This document shows positions 20,217-34,142 of a DNA stretch of 64,000 nucleotides, piece after piece. The position numbers and the translations under genes are program-made. Location: NCBI GenBank assembly GCA_965116025.1, contig OZ220480.1, positions 1,312,001-1,376,000 of the forward strand. Direction: 5' to 3'. This stretch comes from an uncultured candidatus Porisulfidus sp. (lineage in GTDB: Bacteria; Pseudomonadota; Gammaproteobacteria; Poriferisulfidales; Poriferisulfidaceae). Positions within the stretch are counted from its first letter, which is position 1. The number at the start of each line of letters is the position of its first letter. The notes under the pieces are model-generated. The model had not been told where the DNA came from. It saw nothing but the letters and a program-made list of their open reading frames with translations, and searched no databases.

Positions 20217-20960
20217 ATGGGCGCCGCCGATCTCTACGAGCAGCTGGGGCACTGGTACGCGAGCCGGGCTGGACAGGAGTCCCTCACCCTGATCCACGAG
20301 CATCTTAGCCACCTTCAGGAGAACTTGTACGGCCAGCGCGCGCTGTACTGCGGCCCGGGCGCTCTGTTTGACGAGGCCTCAATGTCGAGGGGTGAATTCG
20401 ATCATCGTTTTTTCATGCATCCCGGGCGTTCGAGCAGCCAATTTCGCGGACGGCCAGAAGCTCTGCCGCTCGTCTCGAACTGCTTGGACTTGCTCGCCCT
20501 GGCCCATCCCCTGGAATTGAGTGACCAGCCGCATGGAATTTTGCGCGAGGCGGACCGGACGCTGGTTGGAAACGGTTACTTGCTGTTGGTCGGGTTTAAT
20601 CCGTGGAGTTGGTACGGGCTGTGCCGGCTGCTCGCGGTCGGGCGCTTTCCGTGGGATCGGCATTTCTATGGTTCCGGGCGAGTCAAGGATTTGCTTTCGG
20701 TGTTGAATTTCCAGATCCGAGACTGCCGCTACGCCGCTTTCCGCCCGCCGATCCAAAGCCGATTCCTGCAGCGGCGTTCCAGGGCCTTGGAGATCCAGGC
20801 GCGCTGGCGGCTGGATCATTTGGGTGGCGTATACTGCATGCTCGCGCGTAAGTCGCGCGTTCCGGTCACCCCGACTCGAGAGCGATGGTATCGTTCGGCG
20901 GTTCTCATTCCCGAGAGGTTGGCCGAGGTGGAGCCGACTTCCAGAGGAATTAACGCATGA
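20217..20960 (+). CDS. YafS-like class I SAM-dependent methyltransferase
   Basis: LPL..DLLALAHPLE..PHGILREADRTL..G.LLLVGFNPWSWYG; conserved position upstream of rnhA. Confidence 0.85.
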   Translation: MGAADLYEQLGHWYASRAGQESLTLIHEHLSHLQENLYGQRALYCGPGALFDEASMSRGEFDHRFFMHPGRSSSQFRGRPEALPLVSNCLDLLALAHPLELSDQPHGILREADRTLVGNGYLLLVGFNPWSWYGLCRLLAVGRFPWDRHFYGSGRVKDLLSVLNFQIRDCRYAAFRPPIQSRFLQRRSRALEIQARWRLDHLGGVYCMLARKSRVPVTPTRERWYRSAVLIPERLAEVEPTSRGINA

Positions 20961-21397
20961 AAAAGATTCGAGCCTATACTGATGGGGCCTGTCACGGAAA
21001 TCCTGGTCCAGGCGGTTGGGGCGTCGTGCTGGAATCGGACGGACATACGCGCGAGTTGCTGGGCGCGCAGGAACGAACGACCAACAACCGAATGGAGCTG
21101 CAGGCGGCGATCGAGGCCTTGGTCGGCCTGGAGGAGGCTTGCGAGATCGAGATCGTGACGGATTCGACGTATCTGAAAAACGGAATGCAATCATGGCTGG
21201 CTGGCTGGAAGCGCAAGGGGTGGAAGACTTCCGATGGCAAGCCGGTCAAGAACCAGGATCTTTGGCAGAAGCTGGACGCGCTGGCTGAGACGCGAAAGGT
21301 GCGCTGGAGTTGGGTGCGGGGGCATAGCGGGGTGGAAGGCAACGAGCGGGCTGACGCCCTGGCCAATGAGGCCATCGCCCGGATGGCGGAGTCATGA
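20957..21397 (+). CDS. rnhA: Ribonuclease HI
   Basis: YTDGACHGNPGPGGWG, TTNNRMEL, WVRGHSG..NERADALA. Confidence 0.98.
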   Translation: MKKIRAYTDGACHGNPGPGGWGVVLESDGHTRELLGAQERTTNNRMELQAAIEALVGLEEACEIEIVTDSTYLKNGMQSWLAGWKRKGWKTSDGKPVKNQDLWQKLDALAETRKVRWSWVRGHSGVEGNERADALANEAIARMAES

Positions 21398-22128
21398 GCG
21401 GTCCGGCGTCCCGCCAGATCGCGCTGGACCTTGAGACCACGGGCCTGACGGCGGGCAATCGGGTCATCGAGATCGGTTGCGTGGAAATCGTCGGGCGAGA
21501 TCTGACCGGGCGGCAATACCAGTCGTACATCAACCCGGAGCACGAGATCGAGGAAGGCGCGCGGCGCGTGCACGGGATCTCTTCCGAGCAATTGGTCGAC
21601 AAGCCGAAGTTTCCAGAAATTCTGGACGATGTGCTGGAGTTCGTGAGGGACGCGGAGGTGTTGATCCATAACGCCGAGTTCGATTTGAGCTTTCTGAACC
21701 ACGAGATGAAATTGGCAGGGCGTTCGGACGCGTTCGAGCGTTGTTGCCGGAAGGTCACGGACACGCTGGCGCTGGCGCGCGAGGTATCGACGGGCGGCAG
21801 CAGTCTGGATCAGCTATGCGACTTCTACCAAGTGGATCGCAAGCACAGGGAAAAGCATGGAGCCTTGCTGGACGCCAGGCTTCTGGCGCACGTCTATCTC
21901 AGGATGACGGGAGGGCAGATGGGGCTTTCGCTGGGGGTGCGGACGCGCCGCAGGCGCGCCAAGGTCGAGGCGACGGATATCCCCGTTTTGCGAGCCAGCG
22001 GCGAGGAGCGCCAAATGCACGAAGAATTCTTGGACGTGATCCAGGAGCGCTGCGAGGTCGAGGATGGGTGCGTTTGGAAGAGATCGGGCGGAGGCGAGGA
22101 CACCGAGAGGTTGGCGCCCGCCGTCTAA
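21394..22128 (+). CDS. dnaQ: DNA polymerase III epsilon subunit
   Basis: LDLETTG, HNAEFD, HGALLDA..LA.VYLRMTGGQ. Confidence 0.97.
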   Translation: MSGPASRQIALDLETTGLTAGNRVIEIGCVEIVGRDLTGRQYQSYINPEHEIEEGARRVHGISSEQLVDKPKFPEILDDVLEFVRDAEVLIHNAEFDLSFLNHEMKLAGRSDAFERCCRKVTDTLALAREVSTGGSSLDQLCDFYQVDRKHREKHGALLDARLLAHVYLRMTGGQMGLSLGVRTRRRRAKVEATDIPVLRASGEERQMHEEFLDVIQERCEVEDGCVWKRSGGGEDTERLAPAV

Positions 22129-22205
22129 ATCTGCTAATCTAGGCGCGAACGAAAAGCCTCCGAAGCCATTTCGCGGGGGCGAGAAACCAATTGGAGGACG
22201 TTTTT

Positions 22206-22487
22206 GTGGACAAACTGATTACCGGAATCATCATCGTGGTCGTGGTGGGCTTTTTCTACTGGCTGTACACGACGGGAGGCGATACGGGGATGTCGATGGA
22301 ACCCGATAGCATGGAAGAGGCCGCGGTCGAGACGCCGGCCGCCTCTATGGGTCCGTGGGTCGCGGTCGTCGGCATGGGCGAGGCCGCTCATGTCGCGGGC
22401 CACTACGGCAGCTATTCGGAATGCTACCAGGATGTGGGGAGCAAGGTTGACATCAACGTGACTCCATACTCCTGCACCAATCAGTAA
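22206..22487 (+). CDS. Small membrane-anchored hypothetical protein
   Basis: GGAGG RBS then GTG; N-terminal TM helix; two C-terminal Cys. Confidence 0.65.
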   Translation: MDKLITGIIIVVVVGFFYWLYTTGGDTGMSMEPDSMEEAAVETPAASMGPWVAVVGMGEAAHVAGHYGSYSECYQDVGSKVDINVTPYSCTNQ

Positions 22488-22537
22488 TCGGCGAAAACCG
22501 GACAGGAAGCCGTGGTCCGCGCCGGGAATCCGGCGCT

Positions 22538-23035
22538 TTATGGCTTTCCGCCGTCCCGGCCGGAGCGGCGTAACAGGCGTTGGCGGTCGCGCTCCCAGTC
22601 CCGTTCCTTCAGGCTCTGCCGCCGGTCGCGTTGACTCTTTCCTCGCGCCAGTGCCATCTGCAGTTTCGCGCGGCCCCGCTTCCAGCGCAACGACAACGGA
22701 ACCAAGGTGTAGCCCTTCCGTTCCACCGCTCCCTGCAGACGCGCGATTTCCTTTTCGCGCAACAGCAGCTTCCGCACTCGGGTTGGGTCCGTGGGCAAGT
22801 GGGCGGCGTTGGGCAGGGGGGTGATGTGGCAGCCCAGCAGCCAGCATTCCCCCTCGCGGATGGAGATGTAGCCCTCGTTGATTTGGGCCCGGCCCGCGCG
22901 CAAGCTTTTGACTTCCCATCCCGCCAGGACCAAGCCAGCCTCGAAAGTTTCCTCGATGGCGTAGTCGTGCTTGGCCCGGCGGTTGCTGGCGATTACGGGA
23001 TTGGCCAGGGCTCGGGCCTGTGCTTGTCGGCTCAT
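22538..23035 (-). CDS. smpB: SsrA-binding protein
   Basis: [44 protein letters not shown]. Confidence 0.96.
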   Translation of the reverse strand: MSRQAQARALANPVIASNRRAKHDYAIEETFEAGLVLAGWEVKSLRAGRAQINEGYISIREGECWLLGCHITPLPNAAHLPTDPTRVRKLLLREKEIARLQGAVERKGYTLVPLSLRWKRGRAKLQMALARGKSQRDRRQSLKERDWERDRQRLLRRSGRDGGKP

Positions 23036-23162
23036 CGTATGCGAGTGAGAGGAAGTCGTTCGCGCGCGGCATCGGAAGGCTGGCGCCAAGTCCTCAATTA
23101 TAGGCTCCAGTTCCCCGTCACCTTTCTCGTGGGACCGCTCGAGAACTAAGGGAAGGTGTCTC

Positions 23163-24455
23163 ATGAGCCTGTTTTCCTTACCGGAGCTGGTGGCCATTCT
23201 GGCGTTGCTTTTTCTCTTGTCAGCGTTTTTTTCCGGTTCGGAAACCGCGTTGATGGCGGTCAATCGCTACCGGCTTCGCCATCTGGCGCGACAAGGCAAG
23301 TACAGTGCCCGGTGCGCCCAAGCGTTGCTGGAAAAGCCGGATCGGCTGATCGGCCTGATTCTGCTTGGCAACAACTTGGTCAATATCCTGATCACGCAGC
23401 TGGCCACCTATCTGGGGTACGTTTATTTTCAAGAAGTTGGCGTAGCCGTGGCCACGGGCCTACTAACCGTGGCCATTCTGGTGTTCGCGGAGCTGGCGCC
23501 GAAGACCTTGGCGGCGTTGCATGCCGAGCGGGTCGCTTATCCGGCGGCGGTCGTGTACCGGCCGCTACTGGTCGCCGCCTACCCGCTAGTGTGGCTGATC
23601 AACCAGTTCGCCAATGGGTTGCTTCGGGCGCTGGGGATGCCGCGAGAGGAGGCGCGCGACGCGCTGACCCAGGAAGAATTCCGTAGCGTCGTGCATGAAT
23701 CCAGCGGCTTGATTTCCCGAGAGCGCCGGAAGATGCTGTTGGGAATCCTTGATCTGGAAAAGATTATGGTCGAGGACGTCATGGTGCCGCGTGGAGAGAT
23801 CGTCGGGATCGACTTGGACAACTGGAGCGAGGCGCTGGACCAGTTGCGCAACCCGACCTATACCCGGGTGCTGGTGTACGAGGGGGGGCTCGACAATGTT
23901 CGCGGGGTGTTGCACTGGCGCAAGCTACTGCCGCACATCCTGAACGAGGATCTGTTGCCAGAACATATCCGGGAGACCATGCGGGAACCGTATTTCATTC
24001 CCAAGGGAACCAGTCTTCACCAGCAGTTGTGCAACTTCCAGAAGCGGCGGCATCGTGTCGGGTTGGTGATCGACGAGTACGGAGACATCCAGGGGTTAGT
24101 GACCCTGGAGCATATTTTGGAGGAGATCGTGGGGGCCTTCACCGTGGATTCCGCGACGCAGGACCCGGGGACATACCAGAACATGCCCGATGGTAGCGTG
24201 ATCGTGGACGCGAGCGTTCATGTTCGCGAGCTCAATGAGATGTTGGACGATGGTCATTTCCACGTGGACGGTCCAAGGACGCTGAATGGCCTGATACTGG
24301 AGCATTTGGAGGATATCCCGGCCCCGGGGACCAGCATGCTGATCGACGACTATCCGGTGGAGGTGGTGAAGACCGACGAGACCTCGGTCCGCACGGTCCG
24401 GATCTATGCTCGCCGCCAAGACGCCGCGGAGGATACGGATGGCGAAGACGCCTGA
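23163..24455 (+). CDS. HlyC/CorC (CNNM-CBS) family transporter, YfjD/CorB-like
   Basis: [32 protein letters not shown] domains, [14 protein letters not shown]. Confidence 0.93.
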   Translation: MSLFSLPELVAILALLFLLSAFFSGSETALMAVNRYRLRHLARQGKYSARCAQALLEKPDRLIGLILLGNNLVNILITQLATYLGYVYFQEVGVAVATGLLTVAILVFAELAPKTLAALHAERVAYPAAVVYRPLLVAAYPLVWLINQFANGLLRALGMPREEARDALTQEEFRSVVHESSGLISRERRKMLLGILDLEKIMVEDVMVPRGEIVGIDLDNWSEALDQLRNPTYTRVLVYEGGLDNVRGVLHWRKLLPHILNEDLLPEHIRETMREPYFIPKGTSLHQQLCNFQKRRHRVGLVIDEYGDIQGLVTLEHILEEIVGAFTVDSATQDPGTYQNMPDGSVIVDASVHVRELNEMLDDGHFHVDGPRTLNGLILEHLEDIPAPGTSMLIDDYPVEVVKTDETSVRTVRIYARRQDAAEDTDGEDA

Positions 24456-25293
24456 GCTGGAGCTCAGCGATCAGGGCCTGAGCCCGACGCACGAGGCTAC
24501 CGCGCGGGACCAGTATGGCGACTCGCGGGTGGTCCGCATCGCCGGGGAGCGTCCGTTGACGCTGATGGTGGATGGCCGGGAAGTGGTGACGTTGATGACG
24601 CTCGGCATGTGCCCAGAGGAGCTGGCGCTGGGTTATCTGCGGAATCAGCGCTTGGTGGAGCGGTTGGAGGATGTCGCGGCCGTGCGGGTGGAGTGGGAGC
24701 GCGAGGTGGTTTTCGTGGATATGCGCGAGGGCCGCGGAATCAAGGACTGGGAAGAGAAGCTGTCCCGGCGCACGGTGACGACTGGTTGCGGCCAAGGCAC
24801 CGTTTTCAGTTGCACCTTGGACAAATTGTACGATCAGCGTCTGCCCAAGGTCACGGTCCGTCAATCCTTGATCTATCGCCTCTTGGAGAATATAGCGAGA
24901 TGGAATCAGATATACAAGCAGTCTGGAGCCGTGCACGGTTGCGCGCTGTGCGCGGGTGACGAGATCTTGATGTTCGTGGAGGATGTCGGTCGGCACAACG
25001 CGGCGGACGCTATAGCCGGACGTATGTGGTTGCGTGGCGTGGATGGGGCCGACAAAATTTTCTATACGACCGGGCGATTGACCTCCGAGATCGTGATGAA
25101 GACCGCGGGCATGGGGGTTCCTGTGTTGCTGTCGCGTTCTGGAGTCACGCGAATGGGCGTGGAACTGGCCGAGGATCTGGGAGTCGTGATGATCGCGCGG
25201 GCCAAGGGCCGCGCCTTTTTAGTCTACAACTTGGCGGACCGCGTGGAGTACGATGCCCCGCCAAAACGCCCACCCAGCCCAAAAGGCGGATGA
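24439..25293 (+). CDS. fdhD: Formate dehydrogenase accessory sulfurtransferase
   Basis: ERPLT, TTGCGQG, GAVHGCAL, EDVGRHNA, TTGRLTSE. Confidence 0.92.
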   Translation: MAKTPELELSDQGLSPTHEATARDQYGDSRVVRIAGERPLTLMVDGREVVTLMTLGMCPEELALGYLRNQRLVERLEDVAAVRVEWEREVVFVDMREGRGIKDWEEKLSRRTVTTGCGQGTVFSCTLDKLYDQRLPKVTVRQSLIYRLLENIARWNQIYKQSGAVHGCALCAGDEILMFVEDVGRHNAADAIAGRMWLRGVDGADKIFYTTGRLTSEIVMKTAGMGVPVLLSRSGVTRMGVELAEDLGVVMIARAKGRAFLVYNLADRVEYDAPPKRPPSPKGG

Positions 25294-25317
25294 TCGCCAG
25301 CCCGGGTTCTGGGTCTT

Positions 25318-25358
25318 AAAAGAAAAGGGGCGTTTCTCTCGAAACGCCCCTTCGTTTT
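25318..25358. terminator. Bidirectional intrinsic terminator between fdhD and katG
   Basis: AAAAGAAAAGGGGCGTTTC-TCTC-GAAACGCCCCTTCGTTTT. Confidence 0.8.
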
Positions 25359-25368
25359 CCAGTTGAGA

Positions 25369-29468
<4,100 letters not shown>

Positions 29469-29531
29469 TGACTAGTTGGAGATGCTTCGCTAATAATTGT
29501 AATTGGCAACCGCGGCGGGCATCAATGAAGT

Positions 29532-30698
29532 TTAGTCGATCTTGATGACGAATCGTGTCGAATCTGACTTGTCCCGGTAGAGTGACATGGTTCGACCAAC
29601 GAGGTCGCTACGAGAAACAAACTCCTTCGCTTGCCCCCAGCTCAGTCGCGTCATCGCGTTGTGTTGCAGGTATGCCTTGCTTTTCGTGCTGATGGTATGC
29701 CCAACGCGCATGTTGAACGCACCTTGATCGACACCCTTTACGATAAGCCGAAATCTTGCCCGCGTTTCTTCAACCGTTGATCGATTGCTTGGCTTCCAGC
29801 TCAACGTGTCAAAGACTTTTTCCCGGAAGTAGTGACGATGATCGATAGACTTGTCCAGCAGGCCTTTATCGAGATTGATAGAACCCGTTGCATGAGTATT
29901 CTCACCCGATGGAATTCCTAAGTCACGTTCAGTCAATGCCTTGCTTTTCCAGAGCAGCTTCAAGGGAAAGGTGTCGGATGGGTTGGTGCTATCAACCTCA
30001 GGCACCGTGTCAGAAGGTGCCAGCTTTTGTGCTACCTTCGGTTGCTCCACGCGATTCCGCAACGGTGAAACTTTCAGCCTGATCGTCGGTAGATCATTGG
30101 CTTTGCTAGTGCTAACAGTTCCTTGAGAAAACGATGAGGATGCTTCATCAATAAGCCGCCCTTGTGCCTGTAACGCCTCAAGGTCAGCGATGCGCTCTAT
30201 TCGTACGACGTGCCGCGGATAGGTCGATGCCAACCCGTCGAATTCAGCAAAGATGGATTCCACAAAGTGCAAATCTCCATCTTCGGTCAAATCCAAATTG
30301 AGCACTATGCTTGACTCGATGTTGTCGTTCAACCCTCCTACTGTAAGGTTTGCACTTCCTATAATCACACTAGCTTTTTTCATTCGACGGCAAACGTAGA
30401 CTTTTGGGTGAAACAGCTGATCCGTCGTTCCCGTATCCACGTAGTACACGTTAGCCCCGGTCTCCATCAGTGCGGTTAGCCCTTCGCGAGTACTGATGCC
30501 ATTACGGATTCCCACGAAAGCGTCGAATTGGCTCCCTACTGATGCCAACTCGGATGCGATTAGATCGATGCCACCCTTGGTCACGAATGCGACGCTAATC
30601 AGCACCCGCTTTAGGTCATTATGTGCAAGCAGCCGCTTCAACTCTTCCACGTGGGTGTGCGCAGTGAGTCCTTGCAGAAGAAATGCTTTGCGAGGCAT
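29532..30698 (-). CDS. PLD-family restriction endonuclease (single HxK motif)
   Basis: SVAFVT, FHPKVY..IIGSANLT..GL..NIE; convergent with the methylase. Confidence 0.82.
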   Translation of the reverse strand: MPRKAFLLQGLTAHTHVEELKRLLAHNDLKRVLISVAFVTKGGIDLIASELASVGSQFDAFVGIRNGISTREGLTALMETGANVYYVDTGTTDQLFHPKVYVCRRMKKASVIIGSANLTVGGLNDNIESSIVLNLDLTEDGDLHFVESIFAEFDGLASTYPRHVVRIERIADLEALQAQGRLIDEASSSFSQGTVSTSKANDLPTIRLKVSPLRNRVEQPKVAQKLAPSDTVPEVDSTNPSDTFPLKLLWKSKALTERDLGIPSGENTHATGSINLDKGLLDKSIDHRHYFREKVFDTLSWKPSNRSTVEETRARFRLIVKGVDQGAFNMRVGHTISTKSKAYLQHNAMTRLSWGQAKEFVSRSDLVGRTMSLYRDKSDSTRFVIKID

Positions 30699-30909
30699 TT
30701 TGTTGTAGATCTTCTCCGCTATGAAGAAATAGTTTTGTCGATCATACATCCCGTATGGCGGAAAGGCATTTCGTCAAGCACTGAGTCTGTGGCCTGGAAG
30801 CATATAATCATACGAGAGCGTGGTGTGCCCAAATTCCCGGAACATGTTCATGTACTTGCCCATTCACGCTGACAGCGTGGAAAAGCGATTCCTCTGATCC
30901 GCGCAGTCA

Positions 30910-32703
30910 ATGTCACGCCAATATCCTAGACAGTCGCCGTCCATTAGCAATCGCCCCATCGCGTGGTATGACTCCCATGCCGTCGAGACCGCGGAGCGCT
31001 ATGAGCGTCTCTCCAGCGACCGGCTGCACGAATGGTTGGTCAAGTTTCTTCCCGAGGGGCGGGCCGCCGCGCTAGATGTGGGGGCCGGCAGTGGCCGGGA
31101 CGCGGCGTGGCTGGCCCGGCGCGGATACGAGGTCGTGGCGGCGGAACCCTCGTTCGCCATGCGGGCCCAAGCCCGGCGGTTGCATGCCGATCTGGGCATT
31201 CAGTGGGAAACGGATCGTTTGCCGGAACTCGCGACCTTGTCGCGTTCCCGCCTGACCTTCGACCTCATCCTGCTCAGCGCGGTGTGGATGCATGTCCCGC
31301 CCGCGTGCCGCTCGCGCGCGTTTCGCAAGCTGGTCAACCTGCTTCGGCCCGGTGGAGTTCTGGCCATGACCTTGCGCCATGGATCGGCCGAGCCCGGGCG
31401 CGGCATGCATGACGTTTCGCGCGAGGAGATCGAGCGACTCGCCCGCGAGCACGGCGCGTACATTGAACATGCTGGCGAGAGCGAGGACCATGCGGGGCAG
31501 CGGGAGGTGCGCTGGACCCAGTTGATCGTTCGTTTGCCCACGGACAGCGCTGGGGCTTTGCCGCTGTTGCGGCATCTGGTGCTGAACGACTCGCGCAGCG
31601 GCACGCACAAACTGGGGCTGTTGCGCGGCTTGTGCCAAATCGCGGATAACGCCGGAGGGATGGCGCGCGAGGATGGGGATTTCATGGCGGTGCCGCTGGG
31701 CTTGGTCGCCTTGATTTGGCTACGTCTGTACATGCCGCTTCTGAAGCATGAGTTTCCGCAGACTCCAAATAACGTCGGTTGCCTTGGCCTGGGCTTCGCG
31801 AAAGAATCGTTCCAAAATCTCATGCGCGAGGTGTCGAGCCTAGACCTGCGCGTCGGAATGCGCTTCCAAGGCGAGCCAGCGCGTTGGTTGCATGGCGCGG
31901 TCCGGGACGCGGTCGAGAACATCGACCGCATGCCAGCCACATACCTGACCTACCCGAGCGATGGCTCCCGAATTTTTCAAGTCAGGCGGAGGAAAAGTAT
32001 AAAGACAAGGTATCCAGATTCGTATTGGCTCGACGAGCCTTTCCTCGCCAGCTTCGGGGAAATGCTCGTTCCCGCAAGCCTGTGGCGCGCGATGCAGCGG
32101 CTGAAGGTGTGGATCGAGCCCGCGATCGTGGCGGAGTGGGAAGCCCAAATCAAGCGCTATGCCGAGGCCCGGGGGCGGAGCGTCGACGACGCGCTTCTGG
32201 CGGCGGATATGCTGTGGGCGGATCTGGAGCGTGATGTTGGCACGGCCAGGAAACGTGCCCAAAAGCTCATGCGAAGCCAGAATCTGCATTGCGTGTGGAG
32301 CGGGAAAAGGCTTACGGAAAAAAGCATGGACATCGACCATTGCTTTCCTTGGTCGGTCTGGCCCTGCAGCGATCTTTGGAACCTGATGCCGGCGCATCGG
32401 GACGTCAACCAGCGCGAGAAGCGCGCGCGGTTGCCCAGTGGCGCGCGCATGAAACTGGCGCGGGACGGGATCATGGATTGGTGGCGCGAGGCGTACACGC
32501 GGGAAGACGACGTTATCGAGAAGCGGTTTTGGCTGGAGACCCGGACCAGCTTGCCGCTTCTCGAGAGCGAGTCGGATCAACTGGATCGGCTGTTCGGCGC
32601 CATCAACATCCAGCGGATCCGGTTGCAGCGTGACCAGCAGGTCCCGGAATGGGATTCGGACCGGCATATCGAGCGCCTGCGCCAAGCGCGGGACTCCGGT
32701 TAG
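30910..32703 (+). CDS. Class I SAM methyltransferase fused to a C-terminal HNH endonuclease
   Basis: LDVGAGSGRDAAWL, FDLILLSAVWMH; CVWSG..DIDHCFPWS..DLWNLMP..VNQREK. Confidence 0.85.
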   Translation: MSRQYPRQSPSISNRPIAWYDSHAVETAERYERLSSDRLHEWLVKFLPEGRAAALDVGAGSGRDAAWLARRGYEVVAAEPSFAMRAQARRLHADLGIQWETDRLPELATLSRSRLTFDLILLSAVWMHVPPACRSRAFRKLVNLLRPGGVLAMTLRHGSAEPGRGMHDVSREEIERLAREHGAYIEHAGESEDHAGQREVRWTQLIVRLPTDSAGALPLLRHLVLNDSRSGTHKLGLLRGLCQIADNAGGMAREDGDFMAVPLGLVALIWLRLYMPLLKHEFPQTPNNVGCLGLGFAKESFQNLMREVSSLDLRVGMRFQGEPARWLHGAVRDAVENIDRMPATYLTYPSDGSRIFQVRRRKSIKTRYPDSYWLDEPFLASFGEMLVPASLWRAMQRLKVWIEPAIVAEWEAQIKRYAEARGRSVDDALLAADMLWADLERDVGTARKRAQKLMRSQNLHCVWSGKRLTEKSMDIDHCFPWSVWPCSDLWNLMPAHRDVNQREKRARLPSGARMKLARDGIMDWWREAYTREDDVIEKRFWLETRTSLPLLESESDQLDRLFGAINIQRIRLQRDQQVPEWDSDRHIERLRQARDSG

Positions 32704-32832
32704 CGACCTTCGCGGAATCGGATTTTGGGTCGCGCTCCAAGCGCTCGACCGTCTCTCGGTCGGTCGCGGTCTTGCCCGGAAAAGCGTTTTCGTTGATAAT
32801 ACGCGCCCCCGAAGGGAGGGGGACGACCGACT

Positions 32833-33528
32833 ATGAGCGAAATTGATTTCGATCTATCCGCGCGGCCGCGCGAGAAGACCGGGACCGCCGCGATGCGCAA
32901 GATGCGCCGCGATGGGCAACTGCCCGGCGTGGTCTATGGCGCGGGGGGCGAGGCGGTGCCGATCACCCTGTCAGGCCTTGAGGTCGCGCGCCATCTCGAG
33001 AATGAGGCTTTCTACTCGCACGTTCTGAATCTGGATCTGGACGGCAAAAAAGAGCAAGTTATTCTGCGCAGCGTGCAGCGCCACCCGGTTCGCTCGGACG
33101 CGTTGCTGCATATCGATCTGCAACGCGTCAGCAAGGACGCGAAAATCCGCATGACGGTGCCTCTGCACTTCGTGGGCGAGGACGTGGCGCCCGGAGTCAA
33201 GGAGGAGAGCGGCTTGTTCAGCCATCTCCTGACGGAAGTGGAGGTCTCCTGCCTGCCCGCCGATCTTCCCGAGTTCATTGAGGTCGATGTCTCTGAGTTA
33301 CGCATCGGCGAGCCGGTGCACCTCTCCGAACTGGTCGTCCCGGAGGGGTTGGAGTTGGTCGAGCTGACGCACGGTCACGATCACGCCGTGGTCATCATCA
33401 ACGTCCGGAAAGAGCAGCGGATTGAGGAAGAGGTAGAGGTCGGGGCGCCGGAGGGTGACGAGGGCGAAGATCAGCAAGTCGCCGGAGACGAAGGGAAGAG
33501 CGCGGACTCCGCTAAAGAAAAGCCCTGA
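32833..33528 (+). CDS. rplY: 50S ribosomal protein L25/Ctc
   Basis: PGVVYG, VQRHPV, LHIDLQRV, VPLHF.GE..APGVK, CLPADLPEFIEVDVS. Confidence 0.96.
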   Translation: MSEIDFDLSARPREKTGTAAMRKMRRDGQLPGVVYGAGGEAVPITLSGLEVARHLENEAFYSHVLNLDLDGKKEQVILRSVQRHPVRSDALLHIDLQRVSKDAKIRMTVPLHFVGEDVAPGVKEESGLFSHLLTEVEVSCLPADLPEFIEVDVSELRIGEPVHLSELVVPEGLELVELTHGHDHAVVIINVRKEQRIEEEVEVGAPEGDEGEDQQVAGDEGKSADSAKEKP

Positions 33529-33542
33529 TCCGGGCCGGATCG

Positions 33543-34142
33543 ATGGTGGATTCAGGCGACGCGATCCGAATGGTCGCGGGATTGGGAAATCCCGGCGCGG
33601 AATACGCCCGCACTCGGCACAACGCGGGCTTCTGGTTAATCGACGAACTAGCCGAGCGTTTGGGGGCGCGGCTCGCGCCGTCCCGACAGTTGAAAGGAGC
33701 GGTGGCCACGGTTGAGGTCGGCGGTCGTTCGTTGCGCCTGTTCAAGCCCAACGCCTACGTTAACGTCAGTGGCGCCGTGATCGCGGCGGCGTGCCGCTAT
33801 TTTCGGATCCCTTTCTCGGCGTTGCTGGTCGCGCACGACGATATCGATTTGCAGGACGGGGTGGCGCGCCTCAGGTTTTCTGGAGGCCATGGCGGGCACA
33901 AGGGCGTTTCCGATTTGTGCCGGCAGGCCGGCAAGGATTTCTGGCGCGTCAAGTTTGGCGTCGGACGCCCGGGACGGGCCTCGGAGGTGGTGGGCTACGT
34001 GCTTCGGCCACTCTCCGATTCGGACCGCGTCGCGGTGGATCAGGCCGTGCGGCGAGTGGCGGAACATATCGGCGATCTGGTCACGGGGGATTTTCAGGCC
34101 GTCATGAACGCGCTGCATAATCCGAACGGCCCGACGGCATGA
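33543..34142 (+). CDS. pth: Peptidyl-tRNA hydrolase
   Basis: GLGNPGAEYARTRHNAGF, VAHDDIDL, GGHGGH. Confidence 0.95.
   Translation: MVDSGDAIRMVAGLGNPGAEYARTRHNAGFWLIDELAERLGARLAPSRQLKGAVATVEVGGRSLRLFKPNAYVNVSGAVIAAACRYFRIPFSALLVAHDDIDLQDGVARLRFSGGHGGHKGVSDLCRQAGKDFWRVKFGVGRPGRASEVVGYVLRPLSDSDRVAVDQAVRRVAEHIGDLVTGDFQAVMNALHNPNGPTA

Noticed and set aside
30879-32798. Weak direct repeat GGAAAAGCG.TT.C..TGAT flanking the MTase-HNH gene
   Set aside because: Short and degenerate; could be chance or promoter sequence
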